A stretch of DNA of 64,000 nucleotides from Pseudomonadota bacterium (lineage in GTDB: Bacteria > Pseudomonadota > Alphaproteobacteria > Micavibrionales > Micavibrionaceae), in assembly GCA_029558635.1 (NCBI GenBank), contig JAKQEE010000052.1, positions 204,860-268,859 of the forward strand, in the 5' to 3' direction. Shown here piece by piece: positions 9,130 to 19,548 of this stretch. The translations under genes and the position numbers were made by a program. The notes under the pieces were generated by a model. That model did no database searches. It saw nothing but the letters and a program-made list of their open reading frames with translations, and had not been told where the DNA came from. Numbering within the stretch: the first letter of the stretch is position 1; every line of letters begins with the position of its first letter.

Positions 9130-10584
9130 TTACTGGTTCAGTTTGGCTTTGAGCAGGTCGTTGACGATATCGGGGTTAGCTTTGCCGCCGGATTTTTTCA
9201 TCACTTGCCCTACGAAGAAGCCGAAGAGTTTGTCTTTCCCGCCTCTGTAGGCTGCGACATTGTCGGGGTTTTCGGCAATCACTTCATCGACGATTTTTTC
9301 AATCGTGCCGGTGTCGGTAACTTGCTTCAGACCTTTTTCCTCGACAATGTCGGAGGGGTCTTTGCCCGAGTGCATCATTTCAGCAAAGACGTCCTTGGCA
9401 ATTTTACCAGAGATGGTGTTGTCCGAAATCAGGGCCACCAGATCTCCCAGTTGTTTCGCAGAGACAGGGCTTTCGGCAAGGGTTTTGCCGTCTTTATTCA
9501 GGCCGCCCAGCAATTCGTTGATAACCCAGTTCGCGGTCATTTTCGGATCATTGCCGTTGGCTGCGGTTTCGTAGTATTCCGCGCGGGCGCGTTCCATGAT
9601 GAGAACGGAGGAGTCGTAAGCGCCCAGACCATATTTTTGCATGAAACGGTGTTTCTTCTGGTCAGGGAGTTCGGGCAGGGTGCCTTTGATCTTTTCGACA
9701 AAAGATTGTTCGATGACCAGCGGCAGCAAATCGGGATCGGGGAAGTAGCGGTAGTCATGTGCTTCTTCCTTGGAGCGCATTGAGCGAGTTTCTCCCTTTG
9801 CGTTATCCCACAGGCGGGTTTCTTGTTTGATTTTCCCGCCGCCTTCGATAATTTGTACCTGACGCACGGATTCGTATTCGATGGCCATTTGCACGGCCTT
9901 GATCGAGTTGACGTTCTTGATTTCGCAGCGTGTGCCCAATTCACCGCCCGGTTTTCTGACCGAGACGTTGACGTCGGCGCGCATGGACCCTTCTTCAAGG
10001 TTGCCGTCGCAGGTTTCAAGGTAGCGCAGGATCATGCGCAGTTTGGTCAGATAGGCGGCAGCTTCTTCCGGTCCGCGCAAATCAGGCTCGGAGACGATTT
10101 CCATCAGGGCGCAGCCGGAGCGGTTGAGATCGACGAAGCTTTTCGACGGGTGCTGGTCGTGAATGGATTTACCGGCATCCTGTTCAAGGTGCAGGCGGGT
10201 GATGCCGATTTCCTTGGTTGTGCCATTGGGGAGGTCGATTTCGATGATGCCCTTGCCGACGATGGGGTGCAGGAATTGTGAAATCTGATAGCCTTGCGGC
10301 AGGTCGGGGTAGAAATAGTTTTTGCGTTCAAATACCGAATGCAGATTGATCGCAGCATTGAGGCCCAGTCCGGTGCGGACGGCCTGTTCGACGCAATGTT
10401 TGTTGAGGACGGGAAGCATGCCTGGCATGGCGGCGTCAACGAGGGATACTTGCGAGTTTGGGGCGGCGCCGAATTCGGTGGCCGCACCGGAGAAGAGTTT
10501 CGAGTTGGCGATAATCTGCGCATGAACTTCCATGCCGATTACGATTTCCCAGTCTCCGGTTTCGCCTTTGATAATTGCAGACAT
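9130..10584 (-). CDS. gatB: Asp/Glu-tRNA amidotransferase subunit B
   Basis: 484 aa with the typical motifs [12 protein letters not shown] and [14 protein letters not shown] and a C-terminal YqeY-like tail. Confidence 0.95.
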   Translation of the reverse strand: MSAIIKGETGDWEIVIGMEVHAQIIANSKLFSGAATEFGAAPNSQVSLVDAAMPGMLPVLNKHCVEQAVRTGLGLNAAINLHSVFERKNYFYPDLPQGYQISQFLHPIVGKGIIEIDLPNGTTKEIGITRLHLEQDAGKSIHDQHPSKSFVDLNRSGCALMEIVSEPDLRGPEEAAAYLTKLRMILRYLETCDGNLEEGSMRADVNVSVRKPGGELGTRCEIKNVNSIKAVQMAIEYESVRQVQIIEGGGKIKQETRLWDNAKGETRSMRSKEEAHDYRYFPDPDLLPLVIEQSFVEKIKGTLPELPDQKKHRFMQKYGLGAYDSSVLIMERARAEYYETAANGNDPKMTANWVINELLGGLNKDGKTLAESPVSAKQLGDLVALISDNTISGKIAKDVFAEMMHSGKDPSDIVEEKGLKQVTDTGTIEKIVDEVIAENPDNVAAYRGGKDKLFGFFVGQVMKKSGGKANPDIVNDLLKAKLNQ

Positions 10585-10601
10585 TTTTCTCCTCTTTTCA
10601 A

Positions 10602-11138
10602 TCAGTATTTCGGGTTCGAGATGCAGCTGGCCATGATGCTTTTCTCGGTTCTTTTGTATTCGTCGGTTTCCATGATCGCGCCCAGCGGATCATAAATATT
10701 CGGGTTCTTTTTTAGGATATCTGCCATCATCTGCTGTTCGCGGGTGGCGATGTATCCCGAGATGTTCTGAGACAGGCAGGCGCAAACTGCCGTGCTTTTT
10801 ACTTTAGACATACATTCGTTATAAACCAGATCGTGCAACGGATATTGCGTGCAGGGGGTGTTGACGTCGATCAGAACTTTGTTAACGGTGGCGCGGGCTG
10901 CCTGAGGGTCTTCACCGCTCATGGTTTTTAAATCTTCCTGCGTCATGTTGTTTTTCATCTGGTTGGCGGTGCAGAAGCAATAATTTTCGCGAGATTTCTC
11001 GCTCATCGTGCCTTCTTTTGCGGCATTCGCCAAGCAGTTATCGTAATATTTGAGAGCCATCTCTTCGGTGATTGGCGTTTGAGCGTGAGCGGGTGGGGCT
11101 AATAGAACGAGTAGAACCAGTGTCGTGAAAATTTTCAT
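10602..11138 (-). CDS. secreted cysteine-rich hypothetical protein (paralog A)
   Basis: The signal peptide is [19 protein letters not shown]. There are 8 Cys in the pattern C...CxC...C...C...CxC...C. It is a paralog of the adjacent 11141..11818. Confidence 0.7.
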   Translation of the reverse strand: MKIFTTLVLLVLLAPPAHAQTPITEEMALKYYDNCLANAAKEGTMSEKSRENYCFCTANQMKNNMTQEDLKTMSGEDPQAARATVNKVLIDVNTPCTQYPLHDLVYNECMSKVKSTAVCACLSQNISGYIATREQQMMADILKKNPNIYDPLGAIMETDEYKRTEKSIMASCISNPKY

Positions 11139-11140
11139 GG

Positions 11141-11818
11141 TTACTGTCCTCCTGTAAACGGGTCGTAGCGCATGTAATAACCGATGCAGCGCTCGCGGAC
11201 GTCGTTTTTATTTCTGTTATATTCGGGGCTGTTCCATAGGGCTTCGAGCGGCGAGTCGTAATTTTTATTCGGGGTTCCCCATTCGATCATCAGTTCGGAT
11301 TCACCGAATTTTTTGACGTGTTCGCGGACGCCCACGCTGACGCATTTGCAATATTGGGGGATGCGGTTGATGCGCCAATCATTACCACGGTAAAGGATGC
11401 ACGACATAAACTCCATATCTTCGACGGGCATATCCAGGCAGGGGGCAACAACTTCACCGACGTATTTTTCAAATGCCTTGTTCCCGAGTTTCCAGCTTTT
11501 CTGAGATTGAATTCCCCTGAGCTCGCTCATCTTCATGGTGGCTACGGTGGCGGCGGACGTGCAGGCGCAGTAATTGTAATGCGCATCCGGCGTAAAATGG
11601 GGAGGGACTTTCGACAGGCAACGATCATAAAGTTTATCACCAATCTCGTTCGGGATTTTGTCTTCCGGTGTGTCAGTCAAATCGCTTTTCGGCAGGACCG
11701 GCATCACGTTGGACGGTTCGCCCCGCGCATTATTGAGGCCAATGGTCTGTGCCGTCGCCGTTACGGGGATGACGGTTGCAAGTGCCAGAGCCAGGAGGAG
11801 TGTCGCGCGGAGAGCCAT
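11141..11818 (-). CDS. secreted cysteine-rich hypothetical protein (paralog B)
   Basis: The signal peptide is MALRATLLLALALATVIPVTATA. It has the same 8-Cys pattern. Compare LYDRCL/YYDNCL, YNYCACT/ENYCFCT and YCKCVS/VCACLS. Confidence 0.7.
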   Translation of the reverse strand: MALRATLLLALALATVIPVTATAQTIGLNNARGEPSNVMPVLPKSDLTDTPEDKIPNEIGDKLYDRCLSKVPPHFTPDAHYNYCACTSAATVATMKMSELRGIQSQKSWKLGNKAFEKYVGEVVAPCLDMPVEDMEFMSCILYRGNDWRINRIPQYCKCVSVGVREHVKKFGESELMIEWGTPNKNYDSPLEALWNSPEYNRNKNDVRERCIGYYMRYDPFTGGQ

Positions 11819-11822
11819 GGTT

Positions 11823-13316
11823 CTAGGCAGCGTCCTTTATCAAAACGGGTTGGGTTGAAAAGGCTGCTTGTTGCTCGAGGGCATGGGCGGCTTTGAACAT
11901 TGTTACTTCATCCCATGCGCGGCCAATGATCTGAAGGCCCAACGGCAATCCTTGATCGTCGAGGCCTGCTGGAACAGATATCCCTGGCAATCCCGCCATT
12001 GATGCCGGAATGGTGAACACGTCGCCCAGATACATCTTGATCGGGTCGTCGGTGTTCTCGCCAATAGCAAAAGCCGATGACGGCGCGGTCGGGGTCAAGA
12101 TCACGTCGCAGTGTTCAAACGCCTTGGTAAAATCCTCAGAAATCAGGCGGCGGACTTTTTGCGCTTTGGTGTAGTAGGCGTCGTAATATCCTGCCGAGAG
12201 GCAGTAGGTGCCGATCATGATGCGGCGTTTGACTTCGGCGCCGAAGCCGGCAGCACGGGTGTTCTCGTAGGTGTCTTGCAAATCTTTGCCATCAACACGC
12301 AGCCCGTAACGCACGCCGTCATAGCGGGCGAGATTCGACGATGCTTCGGCGGGGGCAATGATGTAGTATGTCGGCACGGCGTATTTGGTGTGCGGCAGGG
12401 AGATATCGACAATTATTGCACCTGCATCTTTCAACATGGCAGCACCTTTTTCCCAGATGTCGATGATGTCTTGGGGCATGCCTTCGACGCGGTATTCTTT
12501 TGGAATGCCCACGCGCAGGCCTTTGACGTCTTGTTTTAGCAGAGCGGCAAAATCGGGAACGGGTTGCCCTGCGGATGTAGAATCTTTTGGATCGAAACCG
12601 GACATATGTTGGAGCAGCAGGGCTGAATCTTCCACCGTGCGTGCGAAGGCTCCGGCTTGGTCGAGGGAAGACGCAAACGCGATAATTCCCCAGCGCGAGC
12701 AGCGGCCATAGGTCGGTTTGACGCCGACGATGCCGCAGAAGCTTCCGGGTTGACGGGTTGATCCGCCGGTATCGGTTCCGGTCGCACCCATCGCCATGCC
12801 CGCAGCAACGGCTGCGGCAGAGCCGCCCGACGATCCGCCGGGGACCAGTTTTTTGTCGGGGTGTGTTTTGCTTTTCCACGGGTTTTCAACGGGGCCGTAG
12901 TAACTCGTGGTGTTCGATCCGCCCATGGCGAATTCGTCGAGGTTGGCTTTGCCGACAGTAATCGTTCCCGCGTCGAGCAATTTTTGTGACACGGTCGATT
13001 CATAGGGTGGAATGAAATCGTTCAGGATGTTGCTGGCGGCCGTGGTTCTGACACCTTTGGTGCAAAACAAATCTTTCATCGCAATCGGGATACCATCGAG
13101 CGGGAGGGATGTGCCGTTGGCAATCCGGCTGTCGCTGTTTTTGGCTTGGGCCAAGGCTTGCTCTGCCGTTTCGGTGATAAAGGCGTTGAGTGCGCGGCAA
13201 GACGGGCTTTGCATTTGATTGATGTGCGCGGTGACCAATTCGGTTGCCGTGAATTTTTTGGACTTCAGTCCGTTTAGAGCTTCGGTGATGGTCAGGGAAA
13301 TCAGATTATGGGACAT
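11823..13316 (-). CDS. gatA: Asp/Glu-tRNA amidotransferase subunit A
   Basis: Carries the amidase signature [13 protein letters not shown]. 497 aa. Confidence 0.95.
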   Translation of the reverse strand: MSHNLISLTITEALNGLKSKKFTATELVTAHINQMQSPSCRALNAFITETAEQALAQAKNSDSRIANGTSLPLDGIPIAMKDLFCTKGVRTTAASNILNDFIPPYESTVSQKLLDAGTITVGKANLDEFAMGGSNTTSYYGPVENPWKSKTHPDKKLVPGGSSGGSAAAVAAGMAMGATGTDTGGSTRQPGSFCGIVGVKPTYGRCSRWGIIAFASSLDQAGAFARTVEDSALLLQHMSGFDPKDSTSAGQPVPDFAALLKQDVKGLRVGIPKEYRVEGMPQDIIDIWEKGAAMLKDAGAIIVDISLPHTKYAVPTYYIIAPAEASSNLARYDGVRYGLRVDGKDLQDTYENTRAAGFGAEVKRRIMIGTYCLSAGYYDAYYTKAQKVRRLISEDFTKAFEHCDVILTPTAPSSAFAIGENTDDPIKMYLGDVFTIPASMAGLPGISVPAGLDDQGLPLGLQIIGRAWDEVTMFKAAHALEQQAAFSTQPVLIKDAA

Positions 13317-13333
13317 GTTTTCGGTTCCGTATT

Positions 13334-13621
13334 CTATTCAACAATTTTGGTCACGACGAAGAAGCCTTCGACGGTTTCTGGGGCGTTTTGCAAAACCTCT
13401 TGCTGGATGCCGCCGTCATTGACCACGTCGTCGCGTAGACGTAAGGCAATTTCCGAGACGTTGGCCAGCGGTTCGACACCGTCGGTGTTTACTTCCTGAA
13501 GCTGCTCAACCCATTGCAGAATATTCTGGAGCTGGGGGGCGTAATAATTCAGGTCGTCTTCGGTGACTTTGATACGGGCCAGACCCGCAACTTTCGATAC
13601 AGTCGATTTATCAATGGACAT
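13334..13621 (-). CDS. gatC: Asp/Glu-tRNA amidotransferase subunit C
   Basis: ORF 13334..13681 trimmed to the internal ATG ([19 protein letters not shown]...), giving the typical 95 aa. It lies directly upstream of gatA. Confidence 0.9.
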   Translation of the reverse strand: MSIDKSTVSKVAGLARIKVTEDDLNYYAPQLQNILQWVEQLQEVNTDGVEPLANVSEIALRLRDDVVNDGGIQQEVLQNAPETVEGFFVVTKIVE

Positions 13622-13686
13622 TGGTGTTCTCTCGAATTTAATATAAGCCGAAGACTTAACATTCTGACGCGCGGTTCGCAAGACTT

Positions 13687-14184
13687 ATGGGCATTGTTAC
13701 ACTCGATCAATTTCGTCAAAATTTAGCTAGAGATTCCCGTGTTCTGGGGCTTGATGTCGGGACCAAGACCATCGGTGTGGCCTTTGGGTCGCTGATGGGC
13801 GGTATTTCGACCCCGCTCAAGGTCATTAACCGCACTAAAATTGCGCGTGATGCGGCGGATTTATCAAAGCTCATGGGGGAATATGGTTGTGCGGGGCTGG
13901 TGGTCGGGTGGCCGCTCAATGTCGATGGCACGGAAGGCAAGCGGTGTCAGGGAGTTCGGGATGTGATGCTGGAGCTGTTGAAGTATATTCCCGACGTTCC
14001 GGTGGTCTTTTACGACGAGCGGTTTTCGACTAACAGGGCCGAAAAGTTCATGATCGAGACTGTGGATATGTCACGGGGCAAGCGGGACAAGAAAGTGGAT
14101 AAAATGGCCGCGCAGATTATTCTGCAGGACTTTCTTGAGATGGAGCTAGGCTTTTCCCATAGCGGCCCAGATGGATCCCGTTAA
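13687..14184 (+). CDS. ruvX: Holliday-junction resolvase-like nuclease RuvX/YqgF
   Basis: Carries VLGLDVGTKTIGVA at the N-terminus and ERFST plus AAQIILQDFL at the C-terminus. Confidence 0.9.
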   Translation: MGIVTLDQFRQNLARDSRVLGLDVGTKTIGVAFGSLMGGISTPLKVINRTKIARDAADLSKLMGEYGCAGLVVGWPLNVDGTEGKRCQGVRDVMLELLKYIPDVPVVFYDERFSTNRAEKFMIETVDMSRGKRDKKVDKMAAQIILQDFLEMELGFSHSGPDGSR

Positions 14185-14839
14185 GGCGCATCCATTCCTT
14201 GCCTGTGGAATAGTCTGCGGACAGCCCTTCACATAATGCCCAGAATTTTTTGCTGTGGTCGGCGTGAGTCAGGTGGGCTGATTCGTGGGCGACCACGTAA
14301 TCAATGGCTTCGAGCGGAGCAAACAGCAGGCGCCACGAGAGGGTCATGCGACCGTCGGTCGAGCAGCTTCCCCAGCGGCTTTTCATGTCGCGAACGCAGA
14401 AAGAGGAGAGGGTGCGGTTCAGGGTGGCAGCTTTGATGTCCGCCAATTTCCTTAATTCTTTTTCGGCGTAGGAGCGCAGGAAGCGGGTGATGCGTTGGGA
14501 CGGATCATCAAGTTGTGTTTCTACCTGAATTTCATCTCCTATCATATTGATGGATGTGTACTTTTTGCCAGTTTTGATGATCCTGATTGTGTGGAGTTTT
14601 CCCAGCAGCGGGACGGACTGGCCATCAGTAAACGGGATAGGTTGAGGGAGGGCATTGATCTTGGTTTCAATCCAATGTTGGTTGGATTCTGCAAATTTGT
14701 AAGCCTTTTTCAGGCTGGCGCGTTCGGGGATGACCAGATCAATTCGACCCGCATGGGCATCGAGCCGCAGGGCCAGCCTTTTGGCTTTGGGGGATATGCG
14801 GACATTCAAGTGTGGTGAGATGGTTGAGAAATCGACCAT
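14117..14839 (-). CDS. YgjP-like (DUF45/M48-like) metal-dependent hydrolase
   Basis: The HExxH motif lies in VVAHESAHLTHADHSKKFW. 240 aa. It overlaps ruvX convergently by 68 nt. Confidence 0.8.
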   Translation of the reverse strand: MVDFSTISPHLNVRISPKAKRLALRLDAHAGRIDLVIPERASLKKAYKFAESNQHWIETKINALPQPIPFTDGQSVPLLGKLHTIRIIKTGKKYTSINMIGDEIQVETQLDDPSQRITRFLRSYAEKELRKLADIKAATLNRTLSSFCVRDMKSRWGSCSTDGRMTLSWRLLFAPLEAIDYVVAHESAHLTHADHSKKFWALCEGLSADYSTGKEWMRLNGIHLGRYGKSLAPSQESPAE

Positions 14840-14946
14840 TCGCTCATTGTGCTCCAGTTTCTTATAAGATCAAGTTAAATTTTTTCTTATTGAAAATAGA
14901 AAGGATATTCTTTATAACCTTTCCCATAACGCCACGAGGTTTTTTT

Positions 14947-15252
14947 ATGATCGTCAGCTACTCTACTTGTCGCTTCCCCGAGAAAAAGGATGCTCTCTCT
15001 AAAATTTTTGCTGATCCCATTCAGGCGGGTAGGGCGTTGGTTATCGATATGGGAGTTCTTGTTTATTCAGCCGGCGAATTTTCCCACGATCTCAGATTTA
15101 TTTATGTTCCGGTGGCGGAAGGTGCTGATATTCAGAAACTTCTAAAAACTATCAAAAAGATGCAGTGCGCTTCTGACGAGGTTGTCAGACTTCGTCAAAT
15201 TCACGACTTTTCCGTAGATGGTCCTTCTTGCGCTTGGGATATTAAGCCGTAA
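14947..15252 (+). CDS. hypothetical protein (101 aa)
   Basis: ORF 14812..15252 trimmed to the ATG at 14947 (MIVSYSTCRF...). I recognise no motif. Confidence 0.4.
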   Translation: MIVSYSTCRFPEKKDALSKIFADPIQAGRALVIDMGVLVYSAGEFSHDLRFIYVPVAEGADIQKLLKTIKKMQCASDEVVRLRQIHDFSVDGPSCAWDIKP

Positions 15253-16627
15253 TCCGTTCTTTTAGGAGACGGGCGTCGCGCTCTTTCAGCCAGCGGCGGA
15301 TGGCGACGATTCCGTGCTTGTCGCGGTCATAGCGGTCGGCGGCGAGGTCCGGAATACTTTGCAGGTCGATTTCCGGAATTTCCGAGCAATCCTTGTTGAA
15401 TTTGCGGATCACGTTGCGGATACGCGGCATGATCTGGTTGCGCCATTTGCTGCCGTTGAAAATACCGTAGTGACCGCATCCCAACTGGAAGTGATGGTAT
15501 TGTTTCGATTGGGCCAGTGAATAACACAGATCATGTGCCGCCGTGGTTTGTCCGCGGGCTGAAATATCGTCGAGTTCGCCTTCGATGGTGAGGAGAGCGG
15601 TGTGTTTGATTTTATTCGGCAGAACGTCGTGAAGATGTTCGGTCAATGGGTCACGCCATTTCATCTGGCCTTTCGGCAGCAAGTGGCGCTGGAATACTAC
15701 ATCGACGGTTTGCAGGTAAAACTCGGCAGGCAAATCCATGACAGCGAGATATTCATTATAAAATTTACGGTGGGATTCGGCCGAGTCTCCATCACCGATC
15801 ACCAGATGTTTGTAGAATTGCATATGTTGCCCGACATGGCGGTCGAGGTTCATCGACATAAAGCCGCCCAACTGGATAAAGCCCGGATAAACCTTGCGGT
15901 ACGCGCCGGGGTAATAGAATGGAACATCGGCAATGACCGATTGTTTGAACCATGACAGAGGGCGCTCTTCGGCTGTTTGCGTCACTTGGGTTTTTGAAAC
16001 GCGTGTGTCAATCGGTCCGCCCATCAGGGTCATCGTTGCAGGTTGGTTCGGGTCGTTTTCAGCGGCCATCAAGGAAACTGCGGCCAAGGTTGGCACAGCA
16101 GGCTGGCACACGGCGATGACGTTGGCATCGGGGCCTAACAGCGAGAGAAAGTGACGGACGTAATTGATGTAATCGTCGAGATCGAATTTTCCGACCGAGA
16201 GCGGGATCATTCGCGTATCCACCCAATCGGTGATATAGACATCATGGTGGGGCAGCAATGCTTCGACCGTACCGCGTAGCAGCGTTGCAAAGTGGCCAGA
16301 CATCGGCGCGACGATCAGAACTTTCGGATCCTTGCGGCGGATGGCGCGTTTGAAATGGAGCAGGTTGCAAAAGGGTTTTTCAACGATGAATTCTTCGGTA
16401 ATCGCGACTTCCTTGCCACCGATGGTGGTGAAAGGCAGGTCGAAGGACGGTTTCCCGAAGCGGCGTGTGACGCGTTCGAACATTTCGGCCCCTGCCGAGA
16501 TCGTGCGGCCCGCATGGGTATAGGAGAGCGGGTTGAGCGGGTTCTGGAAGCCGGTTTTGACCATTTCTGCCCCCAAACGTGCGGGGGTGAGGAGTGCGTG
16601 CTGGAGGTCATATAGATGATAGAGCAC
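15242..16627 (-). CDS. phaZ: intracellular polyhydroxyalkanoate depolymerase
   Basis: The N-terminus MLYHLYDLQHALLTPARL...FGKPSFDL and the 461-aa length match the intracellular PhaZ family. Confidence 0.85.
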   Translation of the reverse strand: MLYHLYDLQHALLTPARLGAEMVKTGFQNPLNPLSYTHAGRTISAGAEMFERVTRRFGKPSFDLPFTTIGGKEVAITEEFIVEKPFCNLLHFKRAIRRKDPKVLIVAPMSGHFATLLRGTVEALLPHHDVYITDWVDTRMIPLSVGKFDLDDYINYVRHFLSLLGPDANVIAVCQPAVPTLAAVSLMAAENDPNQPATMTLMGGPIDTRVSKTQVTQTAEERPLSWFKQSVIADVPFYYPGAYRKVYPGFIQLGGFMSMNLDRHVGQHMQFYKHLVIGDGDSAESHRKFYNEYLAVMDLPAEFYLQTVDVVFQRHLLPKGQMKWRDPLTEHLHDVLPNKIKHTALLTIEGELDDISARGQTTAAHDLCYSLAQSKQYHHFQLGCGHYGIFNGSKWRNQIMPRIRNVIRKFNKDCSEIPEIDLQSIPDLAADRYDRDKHGIVAIRRWLKERDARLLKERITA

Positions 16628-16761
16628 TTTTATTTATCCTTTTTCTGGGTAATACCAAATTTAGAGTAAATGTGTTAAAATTTAATGGAGGCAGCACGCA
16701 GGTAAAACCACAATCGGGTTGTCGCTGATTCTACTCTATTTTTTTCATTTGGTCTCGTCCC

Positions 16762-17784
16762 ATGTTCGATCTTTTCTTTTCCCATATTCTTTCTGTCGAC
16801 CGTTTCAATTCGGCGGCGGTCGCGATGGTGTTTGTGTCTTTGGTGGGGTTGATGACCGGCCCGTGCTGGGGGAATGCCAATCCGTGTCTTTGGATTTTGC
16901 TCGACAAGATTTGCGGGCGGCTGGTGTCCAAGACGTACAATGTTAACCGGTCGGTCACGTCTTTGCAGTTTCGCGGGGCGGTGATCCTCACCCTCTATTT
17001 ACTGATTACAGGGATTCTAGCAGCTGCAGCTTTGCTGCTCGAGCGGAAATTTGCTCTGGCCGGATTTATGGACCCGTTCCTGTTGGCGTTGACGCTGAGC
17101 GGTGGGGCAACGTGGTCGGCGCTGATCAAATTGCATCATGCGTTGCGCGGCAAGGAAGGTTTGTCGAAGGGGAGCTATTTTCAGGTTGCCGTTTCAACCA
17201 AAACCAATCTGAATTCTACCGATGATCACGGGATCATTCGTGTCGGTATCGGTTTTGTGGCGCGGTCATTTGACAAAGGTGTCGTTGCGCCCATCTTCTG
17301 GTATTTGCTGGGTGGGTTGCCAGGTGCTTTCTTTTACTGCGGAATGGCGGCGGCGCGATGGTCGCTTTCCAAGGACGGGTTTGCCAAGGGGATAGGAACG
17401 TTGGCCCTGAAGCTTGAAGAAGTGTTCGGGTTTTTGCCGCAGTTTTTCTCGGCCATTATTTTGTCGATGGCGGCGCTTATGACTCCGAAAGCCGGTATGG
17501 CACGCAGCTTTGTCGGGTTGTTCCGTTCTCAAGGGTATGCGCCCTATGCCGAGGGTGGGATGCCACTGACTTCTATGGCGTATGCGCTTAATGTTTCGCT
17601 CGGCGGTCCGGTCGATGATGCGGGGGGCAGCGTCTTAAAACGTTCATGGGTCGGGTCGCCCAGCAGTACAGCGCGGGTGGAGCGTCATCATTTGCGTCAG
17701 TCCATTTATATGGGGATTATGGCGTTTGTCTTGTTGTTCTTTTTTGTGGTTCTCGGAGCGTTGGCTTGGAAAATCCTGCAATAA
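16762..17784 (+). CDS. CobD/CbiB family membrane protein (divergent)
   Basis: Polytopic. It carries DKGVVAPIFWYLLGGLPGAFFY and YAEGGMPLTSMAYALNVSLGGP, which parallel conserved CobD blocks. The start is uncertain. Confidence 0.65.
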   Translation: MFDLFFSHILSVDRFNSAAVAMVFVSLVGLMTGPCWGNANPCLWILLDKICGRLVSKTYNVNRSVTSLQFRGAVILTLYLLITGILAAAALLLERKFALAGFMDPFLLALTLSGGATWSALIKLHHALRGKEGLSKGSYFQVAVSTKTNLNSTDDHGIIRVGIGFVARSFDKGVVAPIFWYLLGGLPGAFFYCGMAAARWSLSKDGFAKGIGTLALKLEEVFGFLPQFFSAIILSMAALMTPKAGMARSFVGLFRSQGYAPYAEGGMPLTSMAYALNVSLGGPVDDAGGSVLKRSWVGSPSSTARVERHHLRQSIYMGIMAFVLLFFFVVLGALAWKILQ

Positions 17785-17809
17785 GATATTTTGTAAAGAG
17801 GAGTTTTAT

Positions 17810-18235
17810 ATGAAGAAAATGCTATTTGTCGCGGTGTTATCGTTATTGGTTATGCCCCGACCTGCCGGAGCCATGATCCCACCCGTCCTTACTTTCGGCT
17901 GTGCGCCGTGGGACGGGCGGACGCTGGATATGAATATCGCTGCGCCTGATGCGCTCTATCGTATCCAGATTTGGGGCAAAGGATTTGAAGATCTGATGAA
18001 CGGTGAACGGACTATTGTCATCGATATTGACGGAGGCCAAGTTGATGGCGCCGGTCGGGCTAATGTTTTGCCAACGGCATTGGAAGGCGCCATAGGCAGC
18101 TCCATTGCTTTGACGGTGTACTTTGATGAACTGGATTTAAAAGATGGCGGCGTCGGGGCAGGGTATATCGAGGTGCATGACGGGTTCAGAATTCCGTTTC
18201 GCAGTACCATTACCGGTTCGCAACTTTGCGGTTAG
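17810..18235 (+). CDS. secreted hypothetical protein (141 aa)
   Basis: ORF trimmed to the ATG at 17810, preceded by an AAGAGGAG Shine-Dalgarno. The signal peptide is MKKMLFVAVLSLLVMPRPAGA. Confidence 0.6.
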   Translation: MKKMLFVAVLSLLVMPRPAGAMIPPVLTFGCAPWDGRTLDMNIAAPDALYRIQIWGKGFEDLMNGERTIVIDIDGGQVDGAGRANVLPTALEGAIGSSIALTVYFDELDLKDGGVGAGYIEVHDGFRIPFRSTITGSQLCG

Positions 18236-18255
18236 ATATTTTTCATGGAGAATAA

Positions 18256-18290
18256 GAAGCGGCCTTGTCCGATGACAAGGCCGCTTTTCT
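18256..18290. terminator. bidirectional rho-independent terminator
   Basis: aagcggccttgtc-cgatg-acaaggccgctt followed by a T-run. It lies between convergent genes. Confidence 0.8.
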
Positions 18291-18305
18291 GCATTCTAAT
18301 GATTC

Positions 18306-18878
18306 TTATTCCGCGGCCGGTGCTGCAGGTTCTGCTTTTCCTTCGTCTGCGGCAACAGTCATCTTGACGATTTTGTCAGGGTTTGCCGGTGGTTCGCCGC
18401 GTTTGATTTGATCGACGAATTGCATTCCTTCCATTACTTGGCCCCAAACTGTGTATTGTTTGTTGAGGAAGCTGCAATCATCGAAGCAGATGAAGAATTG
18501 CGAGTTGCCCGAGTTCGGGTCTTGCGAGCGGGCCATGCCGATCGTGCCGCGTCCGAAATTCGTGCTGTTGAATTCCGCAGGAAGGTCAGGCAGCTCCGAG
18601 CCACCCATGCCGGTTCCGGTCGGGTCGCCGGTTTGCGCCATGAAACCGTCAATCACGCGGTGGAATACGATGCCGTTATAAAATCCTTCACGAGTCAGGG
18701 TCTTGATGCGGTCGACGTGTTTCGGTGCAACGTCCGGCATCAGTTTAATGACAACCCGTCCGTAGGACAGATCCAGATAAATAGTGTTTTCAGGGTCGAT
18801 TTTCAGTTCGTCGGCCTGAGAAGGTGTCGTTGCGCTCATAATTAACAAACTCCCGAGTAAAAGTAACAAGTGACGCAT
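18306..18878 (-). CDS. peptidylprolyl isomerase, cyclophilin type, periplasmic
   Basis: Carries FHRVIDGFMAQTGDPTGTG. Trimmed to MRHLLLLLGSLLIMSATTPSQA, a signal peptide. Confidence 0.9.
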   Translation of the reverse strand: MRHLLLLLGSLLIMSATTPSQADELKIDPENTIYLDLSYGRVVIKLMPDVAPKHVDRIKTLTREGFYNGIVFHRVIDGFMAQTGDPTGTGMGGSELPDLPAEFNSTNFGRGTIGMARSQDPNSGNSQFFICFDDCSFLNKQYTVWGQVMEGMQFVDQIKRGEPPANPDKIVKMTVAADEGKAEPAAPAAE

Positions 18879-18949
18879 AGTGCTGGTCCTTTCGATTGAT
18901 AAGGAGGCCAGATTAGGGTCCCTTTTTCGGAATGGCAACAGGATATTTT

Positions 18950-19483
18950 CTATTTTCCCAGTGTGGCGTGGATCGTTTTGTCCGGATTATCCGGAGGGGT
19001 TCCGCGTTTCAGGCGGTCAACGAATTCCATGCCTTTTGTTACCTGCCCCCATGCTGTGTATTGGCCGGTCAGGTCTTTGCAGCCTTCGTCGCTCAGGCAA
19101 ATAAAAAACTGGGAGTTTGCAGAATCAGGATTATCCGAGCGGCCCATGCCCACCGTGCCGCGTTTGAATTTGTAGGATGAAAACTCGGCCGGAAGGTCGG
19201 GCAGGTGGGATTTGCCTTTTTCGCCTTTTTCACTGTCCAGAGGGTATCCGGTCTGGGCGATAAACCCCTCGATCACCCTGAACCAGCCGAGATCGTCATA
19301 AAATCCGTTGCTGGTCAGGGCTTTGATACGTTCAACGTGCTTGGGAGCGATTTTCGGCATCATTTTGATTTCCACATTTCCTGCGGGAAGCGCGATCAAA
19401 AGTGTGTCCTGACCTTTCGCTTGTGCATGGGTGGGGAGGTTGACAAGAAAAAAGGTTGCCGCAATTAAAAGGGAACGTATCAT
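18950..19483 (-). CDS. peptidylprolyl isomerase, cyclophilin type, second tandem copy with signal peptide
   Basis: Carries FRVIEGFIAQTGYP and SQFFICL. The N-terminal signal is MIRSLLIAATFFLVNLPTHA. Confidence 0.85.
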   Translation of the reverse strand: MIRSLLIAATFFLVNLPTHAQAKGQDTLLIALPAGNVEIKMMPKIAPKHVERIKALTSNGFYDDLGWFRVIEGFIAQTGYPLDSEKGEKGKSHLPDLPAEFSSYKFKRGTVGMGRSDNPDSANSQFFICLSDEGCKDLTGQYTAWGQVTKGMEFVDRLKRGTPPDNPDKTIHATLGK

Positions 19484-19548
19484 GGGGGCTCGCTGTTCGG
19501 TTTATGAAACAGCCTGTTTTGTATCATGTTTATAAGGTCGGAGTCGAG

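Noticed and set aside
8911-9783. 290-aa + strand ORF
   Set aside because: It is antisense to gatB and the TerD-domain gene, and spans their intergenic gap in one frame. It is a shadow ORF.
16628-16761. Looked for a cobalamin riboswitch upstream of the CobD/CbiB-like gene
   Set aside because: The spacer is only 134 nt, AT-rich and lacks a B12-box-like element.
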